This document shows positions 8,810 to 18,755 of a stretch of 43,142 nucleotides of DNA, piece by piece. Under the pieces are notes generated by a model that saw only the letters and a list, made by a program, of their open reading frames with translations, searched no databases and had not been told where the DNA came from. Both the position numbers and the translations under genes were made by a program. This DNA comes from Candidatus Thorarchaeota archaeon (GTDB taxonomy: Archaea; Asgardarchaeota; Thorarchaeia; Thorarchaeales; Thorarchaeaceae). The stretch lies in the NCBI GenBank assembly GCA_046482545.1, contig JAWOEX010000011.1:1-43142 (forward strand), in the 5' to 3' direction. Position 1 is the first letter of the stretch; each line of letters opens with the position of its first letter.

Positions 8810-9196
8810 TCAAGATGATTGTAACCGGCCTTTTCTCATTTCTTCGAGGCTAGGGAGGTCGTGCCTATGTTTGTAATCGTCCCACTCCTTCCAGTAGTTC
8901 CGAAGGTATTCTCCGATTTCAAGTGGGTCTCCAAAAAGCACTTTGTAGTTCTTAAGAACGCCTGCTTTTATCACCGTTGGCAGTGCTTCTAATATCGAAA
9001 GGTCATAGCCTTCGGGTACAGCGAATAATAACTTGATTTTCAGATTCTTTATCTCTTCTCTGTTTTCAGCATGAGCAAGGACTGAAATATCGATGTCTGA
9101 CCCTTCGCGCAATTCCCCTGTTACATAAGATTCAAACAGAAGAGCTTCTCTGTTGGAAAGACCTTCCAAGTCAGATCGGATATCATCAAGATTCAT
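8810..9196 (-). CDS. Minimal nucleotidyltransferase (MNT/MntA-type antitoxin) with a degenerate GS motif
   Basis: LLFESYVTGELREGSDIDI against consensus FGSx...SDIDL; G>E is one base change (GGA>GAA). Confidence 0.75.
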   Translation of the reverse strand: MNLDDIRSDLEGLSNREALLFESYVTGELREGSDIDISVLAHAENREEIKNLKIKLLFAVPEGYDLSILEALPTVIKAGVLKNYKVLFGDPLEIGEYLRNYWKEWDDYKHRHDLPSLEEMRKGRLQSS

Positions 9197-9290
9197 TGAT
9201 GCTTTCTCCTACAACATTTACCACTTCGTTCAAAGTGTTTCGTGCATCACTGAAGGATTCTATGACAATATCCCAATCAATGCCATTAGA
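9186..9290 (-). pseudogene. 3' remnant of a HEPN (DUF86/HepT) toxin gene
   Basis: Minus frame reads SNGIDWDIVIESFSDARNTLNEVVNVVGESINES*, resembling the HepT segment after RxxxxHxY. Its stop overlaps the MNT start. No start codon or RxxxxH upstream. Confidence 0.55.
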
Positions 9291-9502
9291 TTGAAATGAT
9301 GAATGTGGCTGTTACACCTAGAAGCACCTCAATCAAATAGGGATTTGCCCCAAACACTCTAATCGATTCGATATTTGCTGCAAACAACAGAGGGATAGCA
9401 CCGAACCAAATCGGAAAGAAGGGATCTTACCATACTTGGCGATGGTTGGTCGTATCCTAATCCCTTCAATCCGTGGCGATGCTATTGAAACGCTAAAATA
9501 TC

Positions 9503-10960
9503 TCATTCGAGGCCTTCTGATTCTTCCGGCACTTCAGTGGGCTTGGGCGCTCGCTCTACGGTACCCGCTTTTTGTTCATGTAGACCGTCACGCTCCTCCT
9601 TCATCTTCTTGAGTCGTTCTCCAACGAGAGGATAACGAGAGAAACCGATGATACCCAAGACAAGTGCAATGCATGGAAACACTGACATGAGCAGCCTGAG
9701 TCCCAAGAGAACATCAGGGGTTGCCTGCTCGGGTGTGAAAACCTTCCAGCCTACGCTGTTGAAGACCAAGTTGATACTGAGAAAGACCATGATGACCGAC
9801 AATCGCATAATCAGTGCGTTCATCCCGAAGTAAGCCCCTTCACGCCTGACACCAGTTTTCAACTCGTCTTCATCAATGATATCTGAAATGACGAGATCCT
9901 TTAGGTAAAGGCTTCCTGACAAACCAAATCCGTTCAGTACGAAACAGATCAGGGCCACTATCACATTATTCACGAGTATGAATGGTATGAGCGCTGCAAT
10001 CCAGAGTGCCATACTTGCTATCCAAGCTTTCCTTAGGTTCTCCCAACGGTTGACGACGTATTTCCAGAGGCTGACACACACGCCTCCCGATATGAATGCA
10101 GCAGCCAGTAGAATTCCCAGGAATACTGATTGGCCTCCCCCAATTCCCAGAACAAATTGCCCATAAAGCGGAATAATTGTTGGAATGAGACCGAAGACAT
10201 ACCAATTGGCGGTTATTGCTACAAGGAAACATTGGAAGCTTCTATTACCAAGTGTGTGCTTGAAAGCATCTCCCCAGTTTGGAACGGAAAGGAAATCCTT
10301 CGAAAACTCTTGACGTTCAGAAATGCCCCATTTCATGGTTATGAGCGCTCCCACGAGGACGATGAGTGCGATTATGATACCCGAGAATCGGTATTCCGCC
10401 AAAACTATCTCGGTAGCAGTATCTTTTGCTGATAGATCTGATATCAGCAATGTGGGAACGATGAATGCTACAATGAGCCCGACAATAGTGAATATCTGCC
10501 TGATGTTGTTTGCTGATGCTCGCTCTTCTTTGTTCAAATACATTTCAGGGAACAAAGCGGTCAAATTGAGAGCATAAACAGTATAGATGCCATCGAAAAG
10601 GCAAATGGCTATGAGGAAGTATGCAAAGGACCAGACAGTAGAACCGACTGGTGGTGTCCACATAAAATACATGAGCAGACTTAGAGGAATCGCACCGGCT
10701 ACGATGAAAGGTACCCTTCTTCCCCATCTTGTGTTTGTACGATCTGATATGAGCCCAGATAGTGGATCGTTAATTGCATTCCATACGCTCCACACGACAA
10801 AGCCTAGTGTAACTAGATTGATGTCGATTCCTACCACAGCGTAGTAGAAGGTGAAAACCAAGAAAGTAAACACCTGATAGGCCACTGTATCCGCGAACGC
10901 CCCAAAACCATACGCGATTTTGTTCCCTGGTTCGTACTCATCTTCCTCTGTCATGTCCAA
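9503..10960 (-). CDS. MFS transporter, glycoside-pentoside-hexuronide (MelB-like) family
   Basis: WNAINDPLSGLISDRTNTRWGRRVPF, DIIDEDELKTGVRREGAYFG, about 12 TMs. Confidence 0.92.
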   Translation of the reverse strand: MDMTEEDEYEPGNKIAYGFGAFADTVAYQVFTFLVFTFYYAVVGIDINLVTLGFVVWSVWNAINDPLSGLISDRTNTRWGRRVPFIVAGAIPLSLLMYFMWTPPVGSTVWSFAYFLIAICLFDGIYTVYALNLTALFPEMYLNKEERASANNIRQIFTIVGLIVAFIVPTLLISDLSAKDTATEIVLAEYRFSGIIIALIVLVGALITMKWGISERQEFSKDFLSVPNWGDAFKHTLGNRSFQCFLVAITANWYVFGLIPTIIPLYGQFVLGIGGGQSVFLGILLAAAFISGGVCVSLWKYVVNRWENLRKAWIASMALWIAALIPFILVNNVIVALICFVLNGFGLSGSLYLKDLVISDIIDEDELKTGVRREGAYFGMNALIMRLSVIMVFLSINLVFNSVGWKVFTPEQATPDVLLGLRLLMSVFPCIALVLGIIGFSRYPLVGERLKKMKEERDGLHEQKAGTVERAPKPTEVPEESEGLE

Positions 10961-11097
10961 TGCTTTCCTCAGTTGATTAAAAATGTCATACGGTGAATGG
11001 ACGATAAAATCTCTTCGGTGGTATGATTGTGATTACTGTAATCCCAATGGTAGGTGTACATATCGCTGAGCCTACTAATAGAAGAGGGCTTTCTGAA

Positions 11098-11385
11098 ATG
11101 GCAAACAAAGTCTGCATAACCGGCAAAGCTGGAATAACAAAGAACGACCTCAAACGGATTATTCAACCAGAGCTCGAGGTGGCAAGGGCCGTAATCAAAT
11201 CTATGAGATATCTTGTTCTTGTTGAGGATCCAGGCGAAAAGGGGATGCAGGATCCTAGGAATTGTGACATTGAAATTATCTCGTGGGAAGATTTCATTGA
11301 GTTCGCTCATCTTGAAAACGAGCTCGCTGATGCCAGACACAGGCCGAAAAAGGAACTAGAAGAAGGGAGAAGACCACAGAAATAA
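11098..11385 (+). CDS. Stand-alone BRCT-like domain protein (ligase/RFC-type BRCT), divergent
   Basis: VCITGK...TKNDL...V...V.KSMRYLV...PGEK...IEIISWEDF follows the BRCT pattern. ATG at 11098. Confidence 0.55.
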   Translation: MANKVCITGKAGITKNDLKRIIQPELEVARAVIKSMRYLVLVEDPGEKGMQDPRNCDIEIISWEDFIEFAHLENELADARHRPKKELEEGRRPQK

Positions 11386-11698
11386 GATGGTGCGGGAAGG
11401 AAGCGAAAAAAGGAACGCGGTTAAAGCTGAACTGATGACTTGAGATTTTCCGTGCCTAGAAAATTGAAGCACACTTTCAGTTAATTCCAGTGAATGATTC
11501 CTGTGATCTGAAACCAGGTTCCTCAAGATACTGGGGTAATGACCGACTAAGCCACTGCTTTTCAGGGCTCATTCGATTCATTGAATTGTTCTTTTGCTTC
11601 GTATTCCGGGACCTCTTTTGCAAATTCCTGACATTAGTCGTTTGTCACAAGTACCCTAATATAACGTGATACAATCGTCCGGTGCAAGGTGCTATTCA

Positions 11699-12091
11699 GT
11701 GGCTGCCCTAGATCATATCACAGGCTTGCTTGACCAAATTGGTATCAAGTATACTCAGGAAAACGAAAGAATCCTGACAAGATGGGAAACAGATAGTTAT
11801 GATGATTTGAAGGTGAGTATCTTTACCAATCGGGATGAATCTTGGCTTTACTTTCTTGCACCATTCTCCAATTTCAGGGATTTGAGCACGGAGCAGCAAA
11901 ACCAGTTGGCTGTTGAGATGCTTAGAGCATCATGGCAAATCGATGGCGTGCAGTTTGCCATCGATGATGATGAAGATATCATGGTAATGGCAGAAACAAA
12001 CAACATGGATTTGTCACCTGAACAAGCTGCTACCCTTCTGAAACATGTGGTTGGGGGTTGCAATCTTTTGCATGAAATACATCCCACATGA
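11699..12091 (+). CDS. YbjN / T3SS-chaperone-like fold protein
   Basis: Acidic protein of about 130 aa with EMLRASWQIDGVQFAIDDDEDI, typical of the YbjN/CesT-like fold. GTG at 11699. Confidence 0.65.
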   Translation: MAALDHITGLLDQIGIKYTQENERILTRWETDSYDDLKVSIFTNRDESWLYFLAPFSNFRDLSTEQQNQLAVEMLRASWQIDGVQFAIDDDEDIMVMAETNNMDLSPEQAATLLKHVVGGCNLLHEIHPT

Positions 12092-12231
12092 GAAATGGTT
12101 TTCTTTTCGTTTGTCTCAATTTCATCGCTTCTAACCGATATGGAGAGGGCAGCAAAGACTCTCAGGATGGATATTCGCTGATTGGAAAAAGTCTTGAACC
12201 CTTCTTTCTTCTGAGACGCATCTTGGTGTCT

Positions 12232-12960
12232 TCAGCGGCGGGCCGAATTACCCTCTGTCACGGATGAAGTTTTCTCTTTCTTGGATCCCAATGCTGATGC
12301 TACTACCTGCTTTAGTCTATCTATCGTCATTGGTTTTTCAAGCCATCCAGTAAAATTCAATTCGTCAAGATTTACTGGCGCGTTCTCCCGAAGATAGCCG
12401 GTCATTATCACGAACTTCACGTTTGGATTATGTTCATAGATCTTCTCTGCAAGCTCAATTCCCCCCATTCTAGGCATTTTCAGGTCAGAGATTACTAGTT
12501 TGATTTGTGGGAAGTTGTCGAAATACAAATCAAGAGCCTCTAAGCCATCTCTGGCTTGTAGAGTTTTATGGCCGAGCTCTCTCAGCATTCTAGTTACGAC
12601 GTTTAATACGAAATGGTCATCTTCTACTAGGAGAATAGCCGGCTCTTGTTTACCCTCCTTCTGGCCTTCTTCAACTTCTTTTCTTTCGGGCTTCTGATAT
12701 ATCTTCTCAGGTTCCACATATGTTCGCTTCGAATCCTTGATGCCTTGAATCAAATCACGTGTTTCTTTGGCTAACCCCTGGATTCCTTGAACTGCCATTA
12801 TCCCCTCCTCAGACAATGGTTCGTCCATTTCGATGATTTCAGCTAGTCCCATGATGCCCTGAAGGAGGTTATTGAATTCGTGGAGCAAATCTACAGTAAG
12901 ATGGCCAACAACGGTTTCATCGTGCTCATGAGTTGGCAAATGCGATTCATCGAAAGACAT
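12232..12960 (-). CDS. HisKA (DHp)-receiver fusion lacking the HATPase domain
   Basis: H-box LHEFNNLLQGIMG; REC ILLVEDD, ISDLKMPRMGG, IMTGY, LEKP. Only a charged linker of about 30 aa lies between them. Confidence 0.85.
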   Translation of the reverse strand: MSFDESHLPTHEHDETVVGHLTVDLLHEFNNLLQGIMGLAEIIEMDEPLSEEGIMAVQGIQGLAKETRDLIQGIKDSKRTYVEPEKIYQKPERKEVEEGQKEGKQEPAILLVEDDHFVLNVVTRMLRELGHKTLQARDGLEALDLYFDNFPQIKLVISDLKMPRMGGIELAEKIYEHNPNVKFVIMTGYLRENAPVNLDELNFTGWLEKPMTIDRLKQVVASALGSKKEKTSSVTEGNSARR

Positions 12961-13197
12961 AGTAACATCCTCATTCGAGTTAATTTACAGTGGAACCTCG
13001 TCATTGTCTTCACGCGCTTTTCTTATAGTTTTGGTGTAGGAATACTCTGTCCTATTGTCTCATCATATTGCACTGTACTTATTGCTAATAGTAGGATAGT
13101 TCATGAGATTGTCGGTACCGAGACCAATATATCTCTGAACCCATCGTGTGGAGTGTACATCTCCATCTGAATAGAAAACCAAAGAAGTGGTATTAAT

Positions 13198-14163
13198 ATG
13201 ACGGTTCGAAATAAGGTGATGTCTGCGGATGCTGCGGTATCTAAATTCGTTCAGAGGGGGCAACACCTCTCCTTGGGTGGATTCACAATCAACAGAAATC
13301 CTATGGCCCTAACACACGAGTTGATTAGACAGGAAATAAGCAATCTGCACATTTCGATGCATTCGGGGAGTCAAGCGATGGATCTTCTCATCGGGGCTGG
13401 ATTAGTTGATATAGTAGAGATTGCATACGGGGCTAACGGACGCCTTGCTTCCACATGCATCAGGTTCCGAAAGGCTGTGGAAAATGATAGCATCGAAATC
13501 GAAGACTACTCCAATTATCAGATGACTCTGAGATTCATGGCAGGAGCAATGGGCGTGCCATTCCTCCCCACCTATTCAGGTCTATCAACTGACATAGTCA
13601 AGAGATGGGGGCTTGACGAAAACCAACGACGTTCCAATCCCTCTTTGCCTTTGAAGAAATGTGTGTCTGCTGAAAACCCATTTTCAGTCGATCAAGAAGA
13701 AGTCCTCTTAATTCCAGCCGCGGAGTTAGATGTTTCCCTGATTCACGTACATACCGCCTCTAGAGATGGTACAGCCAGAATCGAAGGACTTTCATTTGCT
13801 GATATTGAACAGGCGAGGGCTGCGAAAAGAGTGATACTGAGCTGCGAAGAACTAGTCCCTCCAAGAGTCTTGAGAAATGAACCTTGTCGTAATTTCATAC
13901 CACATGTTCTAGTTGACGCTGTAATTGTGCAACCGTTCGGCGCTTATCCAACTGCGTGCTATCGTTCGTACGATTACGATATGAACTACCTAGCGAAGTA
14001 TGCCAAACTCGCCCAAAATGACACCACATTCGAAGAATATCTCCAATCATCGATTCTATCTGCTATTGATTTCGATGATTATCTGGACAACGTTGGCGAG
14101 AAGACCTTGGAACGATTACGAGCAGACTCCAAACTTGGATATCCTCGCAGGAGGCATGATTAG
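13198..14163 (+). CDS. CoA-transferase family I subunit A (glutaconate/3-oxoadipate CoA-transferase-like)
   Basis: GGFTINRNPMAL, IEDYSNY, RFMAGAMGVPFLP, VDAVIVQPFGAYPTAC. Confidence 0.9.
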   Translation: MTVRNKVMSADAAVSKFVQRGQHLSLGGFTINRNPMALTHELIRQEISNLHISMHSGSQAMDLLIGAGLVDIVEIAYGANGRLASTCIRFRKAVENDSIEIEDYSNYQMTLRFMAGAMGVPFLPTYSGLSTDIVKRWGLDENQRRSNPSLPLKKCVSAENPFSVDQEEVLLIPAAELDVSLIHVHTASRDGTARIEGLSFADIEQARAAKRVILSCEELVPPRVLRNEPCRNFIPHVLVDAVIVQPFGAYPTACYRSYDYDMNYLAKYAKLAQNDTTFEEYLQSSILSAIDFDDYLDNVGEKTLERLRADSKLGYPRRRHD

Positions 14164-14931
14164 ATGAGTGATTCCTATTCGCGAATAGCTATGATGGCAA
14201 TCGCAGCTGCCCGTCGCATTACGGATGCAGACACTGTGTTCTGTGGAACGGGTTTGCCACTCTTGGCGGCCATGACCGCAAAGAAGACAAATGCTCCGAG
14301 CTGTGTAGTCTTCTTCGAAACCGGTTCGTTGGACCCAGAACTATTAGAAATCCCTCTTAGTGTTGCTGACCCTCGAGTTATGTATCGGTCGGCATGCAAT
14401 GGTGGACTCGCTGATGCTTTTGCCTTTATGCAGAATGCACGATCAGGCCCGGATGTCGTAGGTATCCTATCAGGCGCTCAAATCGATCCTTATGGCAACC
14501 TGAACAGCACCTGCATCGGAGATTACGACCATCCTGATGTTCGTCTTCCTGGCAGTGGCGGCGCTTGCGATGTTGCCAGTCTGGTGGGCCGAACTATTAT
14601 TTTCATGAAACATGAGCGCAGAAGATTCGTAAAAAAGCTCGATTACATGACGAGCCCGGGTTGGCTTGACAGTGAAGACAGCCGTGAAAAAGCAGGTTAT
14701 GTTCGTGGTGGACCTGAACATGTCGTTACAAGCCTCGGAGTCTTTGCCTTCGATGAATCAACGAAGCGGATGTATCTGGAGGCAAGATATCATGGGGTTA
14801 AGCTTGCTGAAATCAAGAAAAAAACCGGCTTTGATATCGCTCTAGACAGTACCGAATTGGAACCATTGCCAACAGAACAGGAAATTGACGTGCTCTACAG
14901 AGAAGTAGATCCGAACGGACTCTATCTGTGA
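14164..14931 (+). CDS. CoA-transferase family I subunit B
   Basis: GTGLP, putative catalytic Glu in FFETG, GAQIDPYGNLNST, RLPGSGGACD. Abuts subunit A. Confidence 0.9.
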   Translation: MSDSYSRIAMMAIAAARRITDADTVFCGTGLPLLAAMTAKKTNAPSCVVFFETGSLDPELLEIPLSVADPRVMYRSACNGGLADAFAFMQNARSGPDVVGILSGAQIDPYGNLNSTCIGDYDHPDVRLPGSGGACDVASLVGRTIIFMKHERRRFVKKLDYMTSPGWLDSEDSREKAGYVRGGPEHVVTSLGVFAFDESTKRMYLEARYHGVKLAEIKKKTGFDIALDSTELEPLPTEQEIDVLYREVDPNGLYL

Positions 14932-15072
14932 ATCGGTTACAGGACTTCCATTGCTGAGTAGACGTTGTATTCACATACATGATACCTTTTGGATAGTTGG
15001 ATGTCAGCTAGCCTATCCCGCAAAGCTCAAGAGCACTGTAAGTAAAATCAAACATACCTAGAGAGATTATAG

Positions 15073-15519
15073 ATGAGCATAATGATGAGAGCAATTGGTG
15101 AAATCGTCAAGGATGAGTCAAGAGTATGCATCTGGGTCTATGATTCCTTTTGGGATGCAACACTCAATGTGGACAAGTTTTCTCACCTTATCGTATTATG
15201 GTGGATATCAGGCAAAGATAATCCTGAGAGCAGGGGTACCCTTCGCGTTGTCCCCCGTAAAGCTGAAGGAACCGTGCAAGAATCGGGGGTCTTCGCTTGC
15301 AGAGCTCCTACAAGACCAAACCCAATAGGCCATAGTGTTGTTGCACTCAGAGAAATCGACTCGGATAATAAACGACTGGTTATCGACCAGATAGACGCCT
15401 TTCACGGAACCCCAGTGTTGGATATCAAGCCTTACATGCCTACTTCTGATAGAGTCGACGGTGCAGAAGTCCCTGTTTGGTTCAAGACCTTGCAGCCAAG
15501 ATACACGAACTCTGTTTGA
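15073..15519 (+). CDS. trmO: TrmO/TsaA-like SAM-dependent tRNA (m6t6A37) methyltransferase
   Basis: FSHLIVLWW, GVFACRAPTRPNPIG, DAFHGTPVLDIKPY. Confidence 0.85.
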   Translation: MSIMMRAIGEIVKDESRVCIWVYDSFWDATLNVDKFSHLIVLWWISGKDNPESRGTLRVVPRKAEGTVQESGVFACRAPTRPNPIGHSVVALREIDSDNKRLVIDQIDAFHGTPVLDIKPYMPTSDRVDGAEVPVWFKTLQPRYTNSV

Positions 15520-15549
15520 CGAAATACTTTTCACTATCTGAGCACTAGA

Positions 15550-16470
15550 TTGTACACGGGCGATTCAGAATTGCAGGAGATTACCTTTTGGAATGATTTT
15601 GTGACACTTGTTTCTGGGTTATTACCTGACTTCCTTAAACCACTCTCATCTATCATTGCAGCCATACCTTTCTTCATCCTTTTGTACTTCTTGTATCTGA
15701 TAATCATCAGAACAGTCAGGACATCACTTGGCAAAGTCGGCGTGCCGCGTGAGGCAACCTCCTCAACTGTTTTCATCATCAGGTTGGTATTCTTTGGTAT
15801 CGTTGTAGGCATTATCCTGTCCATTACGAACGCCATTGGTATAGAAGGAGTGCTTGCGGCATCTACTCTTATTGGTACTGCTGTTGGTTTGGCATTTTCT
15901 AGATCTCTATCAAATCTCGTTAGCGGGTTGTATGTAATAGCCACTCGACCATTCAGAGTGGGAGACTACGTGAAGATTGGAGGCATCGAGGGGCTCGTCC
16001 AAGAAATCACATTGAACTATACACGATTGCTTACTCCGGATTTCACTAGGCTGGGGGTTCCGAATAGCAATATTGTTGATACGGATGTAACCAATTATCG
16101 TGTGCGGGTTGATGATTTATCTGAGCTTATTGGAATGGATTACAGAGAAGAGGACGTATCAAGTTCTCGACTGGATTCTGTTCGACAGAAATTCAAGTAT
16201 TTGACCACGGGTGAGGAGGTCTATCGATACACGTTCGATGTTTATCAGCATATGTCGTATCCCACTATGAAGGTGAAATCTGCATTCAAGAATCTATGCA
16301 AGGAATGGGCTGACAAGTTTCTGATGGAACCTGAGTTCTTCTACTGGAGCAATCAGAACTTCGGCATGATCTACCGCTTCGCGATTGTCGTGAAAGAACC
16401 AATGAGCATCTTATTTGAGGGAGGAGATTTCATGGCAGAAGCCGCTGAAACTTTACATCAGATTCAATAG
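15550..16470 (+). CDS. Small-conductance mechanosensitive channel (MscS family)
   Basis: Three N-terminal TMs, GTAVGLAFSRSLSNLVSG, RPFRVGDYVKIGGIEGLVQEI, VPNS. Confidence 0.88.
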   Translation: MYTGDSELQEITFWNDFVTLVSGLLPDFLKPLSSIIAAIPFFILLYFLYLIIIRTVRTSLGKVGVPREATSSTVFIIRLVFFGIVVGIILSITNAIGIEGVLAASTLIGTAVGLAFSRSLSNLVSGLYVIATRPFRVGDYVKIGGIEGLVQEITLNYTRLLTPDFTRLGVPNSNIVDTDVTNYRVRVDDLSELIGMDYREEDVSSSRLDSVRQKFKYLTTGEEVYRYTFDVYQHMSYPTMKVKSAFKNLCKEWADKFLMEPEFFYWSNQNFGMIYRFAIVVKEPMSILFEGGDFMAEAAETLHQIQ

Positions 16471-16506
16471 TATGAAGTATCACTAGAAACAACGAGGGGA
16501 CGGATA

Positions 16507-17775
16507 TTGTATGCCGAAGATGATTCCGAATCAGATTGGCCCAAACCGAGACAGTCATCCTATGATCCACTGCTGGATTCTTATTCAGAAGGGCTAAGGA
16601 GCGTAGTCCTACAGAAGTATACGAATCTCCGTCCGATAGCTAAAACGATGGTCAAATACCTTCTCGTATTAGCCTTCCCTCTTGCACTTCAATTGGATTT
16701 CCCACGATTCGAAGTCGCTTTCATCTTTGGAACGGTATCGTTTCGCAGTTTTATGTCGTTCTGGGAAACGACAGTCAATTTGTATCCTCTTGTGTATGGA
16801 TGGTTATTTGTAGTTTCGTTGCCCAGCCTGTGGATATCGTACCTCAGAGACCGGAATCCAGAACGGCAGATTTCGCTAAAACGCGCAGGTATGGCTTTGT
16901 TGCTAACAGTCTTGTTGAGCGACATTTTGCCTATCATTGCCACGCTCCTGATGCCCTCATCTTTTCTTACCATTCTATTGCCTTACCCCGCAATTCACGT
17001 CATGCAAAGAGGCTTCTCATCCGTTCCGGTACTTCTGTTGGTTGTGCTCCCCCAGATTATTCAATGGACCGAGCATAAGCACTCTGAAAGTATTTCAATT
17101 GGGGAATACGATCATGAATCCCTAGATTTCAGGCGGCTTAGCTACTTCGTATTCATACTGCTATTCTTTGCACCCTTTCAGGCAATTCTCTACCAATACT
17201 ACGCTGATCCCTACCATCTCTACCCTGTTGGTTTCTCTACTTTTGGTTTTCTATCTTTTTGCTTGGTCATGTACATGAGTTTTGGAATGAGCCTGCAACT
17301 CATCATACCGCCTCTCTACAGCATGGGATGGCAATTGCTAATCGGTTTCCCTCGGTTGTTTTTCGCCTATAGGTTGATTAAGTACCTGACCGGCACAGAG
17401 ACGAGGAAGCGTACACTGAGACTGGGAATCCTAAGCATTGCGTGGTCTCTTCTTATCTTTAGCCTGATTTCGCATGGTTTGAGCTTTTTTTCCCATATAG
17501 CATATGTTTACTATACTCCCATTCCAGTACCAATCTTATTCATTCTCGGACTAGTTGCTCTGTATCGCCCCCATAAACTGGGTTTTCTTTTTACAGAACA
17601 GACGCAAAAAGAACGAAAGATTGAGTCCAGAAGAGAGCCTAGGAGGCCTGTTGAAAGCCGTCCTGAGGAGCTTACCGTTCCTTTGACGTATCTTATCAGA
17701 TCGAAAATAGCTACAAGCAGGTTGAATGTCTGGTGTAATCAAACGGGCCTGAAAGAAGATTCGAAGCACGTATAA
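16507..17775 (+). CDS. Polytopic membrane protein, apparently two tandem copies of a roughly 4-TM module
   Basis: Multiple TMs; paired motifs LVLAFPL/LLFFAPF, LPSLWISY/FPRLFFAY, LLPYP/PIPVP. Confidence 0.65.
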   Translation: MYAEDDSESDWPKPRQSSYDPLLDSYSEGLRSVVLQKYTNLRPIAKTMVKYLLVLAFPLALQLDFPRFEVAFIFGTVSFRSFMSFWETTVNLYPLVYGWLFVVSLPSLWISYLRDRNPERQISLKRAGMALLLTVLLSDILPIIATLLMPSSFLTILLPYPAIHVMQRGFSSVPVLLLVVLPQIIQWTEHKHSESISIGEYDHESLDFRRLSYFVFILLFFAPFQAILYQYYADPYHLYPVGFSTFGFLSFCLVMYMSFGMSLQLIIPPLYSMGWQLLIGFPRLFFAYRLIKYLTGTETRKRTLRLGILSIAWSLLIFSLISHGLSFFSHIAYVYYTPIPVPILFILGLVALYRPHKLGFLFTEQTQKERKIESRREPRRPVESRPEELTVPLTYLIRSKIATSRLNVWCNQTGLKEDSKHV

Positions 17776-17812
17776 ACCCAGATTTGTTCTGGAATCTCTC
17801 GCTACTGGTTTC

Positions 17813-18688
17813 TCATTGCAGTCGTCTTTCCATGAGTGCTACTTCTCTGAATCTTTCAGTCTCTTCTAGCCAAGGCAGTTCTGCAACGAGGTCCTTGAAC
17901 TCCTTATTCAAAATGGATACAATTACGTCTAAGCCACTACTCATTGCTATCCTGACATGATGCACCAGATGTGCTCGGGCCATCTGCACATTGTCTGAAT
18001 AAACAGTACAGCTCCATGCATCATCCCTTTCCTCGTATCTACGTCCACCAAACGAGAGTGCAAAGCCGTTCTCGTCTTCGCTTGTCCAGAACGTGCGATG
18101 CTTGGCAACTTCTCTAATTCCTTCTGGTGTCAAATCCCGGGCTTTCCAATCATAGATGATTATCGGCCTAGGCATAATCTCTGGATAATCTTCCAATGAT
18201 TCCAGGAGTGTGTCAGTAGAAATCGGTTGTAGATTGACATTTTTGACTTCACTTATCTCTTCAGGGACATCTGCCCAGAAAACAATCATTCTGAATAGCT
18301 CCTCCAGTCCCGCTCTTTCTGCGAGCGCCATGGAGGCCTTATTCTCGACTACAGTGGTATATCTTAGCCGTGGGATTCCGATGGAAATTGCATGCTCTAC
18401 CAAACCATCAGTCAACAGGTTAGCATATCCCTGCCCTCTAAAATCAGGATGAACTCTTAGACCCTCCATCCAGCCCGTTTTGCCATTCTCAATTACTCGA
18501 AGATTACTGATTCCCACTACCTTGTTATCAACTTCGACGCAAATCGTGAAAGAATCCTCGTCCTTTAGCCAGTCCCTGACTACGCCTGGAATGTAGTCAT
18601 GACCGTTCCAGACTTGTTTGGATATCTCCAGGACATCTTCTATGTCTTTTTGGCGGAGTGGCCTGACTTGAGCTTTCATAGCCTTCAT
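17813..18688 (-). CDS. GNAT family N-acetyltransferase
   Basis: WNGHDYIP, WMEGLRVHPDFRGQGYA, NKAS. ATG 18688 preceded by GGGAGGGAG. Confidence 0.88.
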   Translation of the reverse strand: MKAMKAQVRPLRQKDIEDVLEISKQVWNGHDYIPGVVRDWLKDEDSFTICVEVDNKVVGISNLRVIENGKTGWMEGLRVHPDFRGQGYANLLTDGLVEHAISIGIPRLRYTTVVENKASMALAERAGLEELFRMIVFWADVPEEISEVKNVNLQPISTDTLLESLEDYPEIMPRPIIIYDWKARDLTPEGIREVAKHRTFWTSEDENGFALSFGGRRYEERDDAWSCTVYSDNVQMARAHLVHHVRIAMSSGLDVIVSILNKEFKDLVAELPWLEETERFREVALMERRLQ

Positions 18689-18755
18689 TTCTCCCTCCCC
18701 GCGTATTAGAGTTTTCATTTATTACCTTCGTGCATCGTAGATTCTCAACAGACAC

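Noticed and set aside
11433-11511. Possible C/D-box sRNA (CTGATGA ... GTGAATGA ... CTGA)
   Set aside because: The internal boxes are imperfect, the spacing is atypical and no guide target is identifiable.
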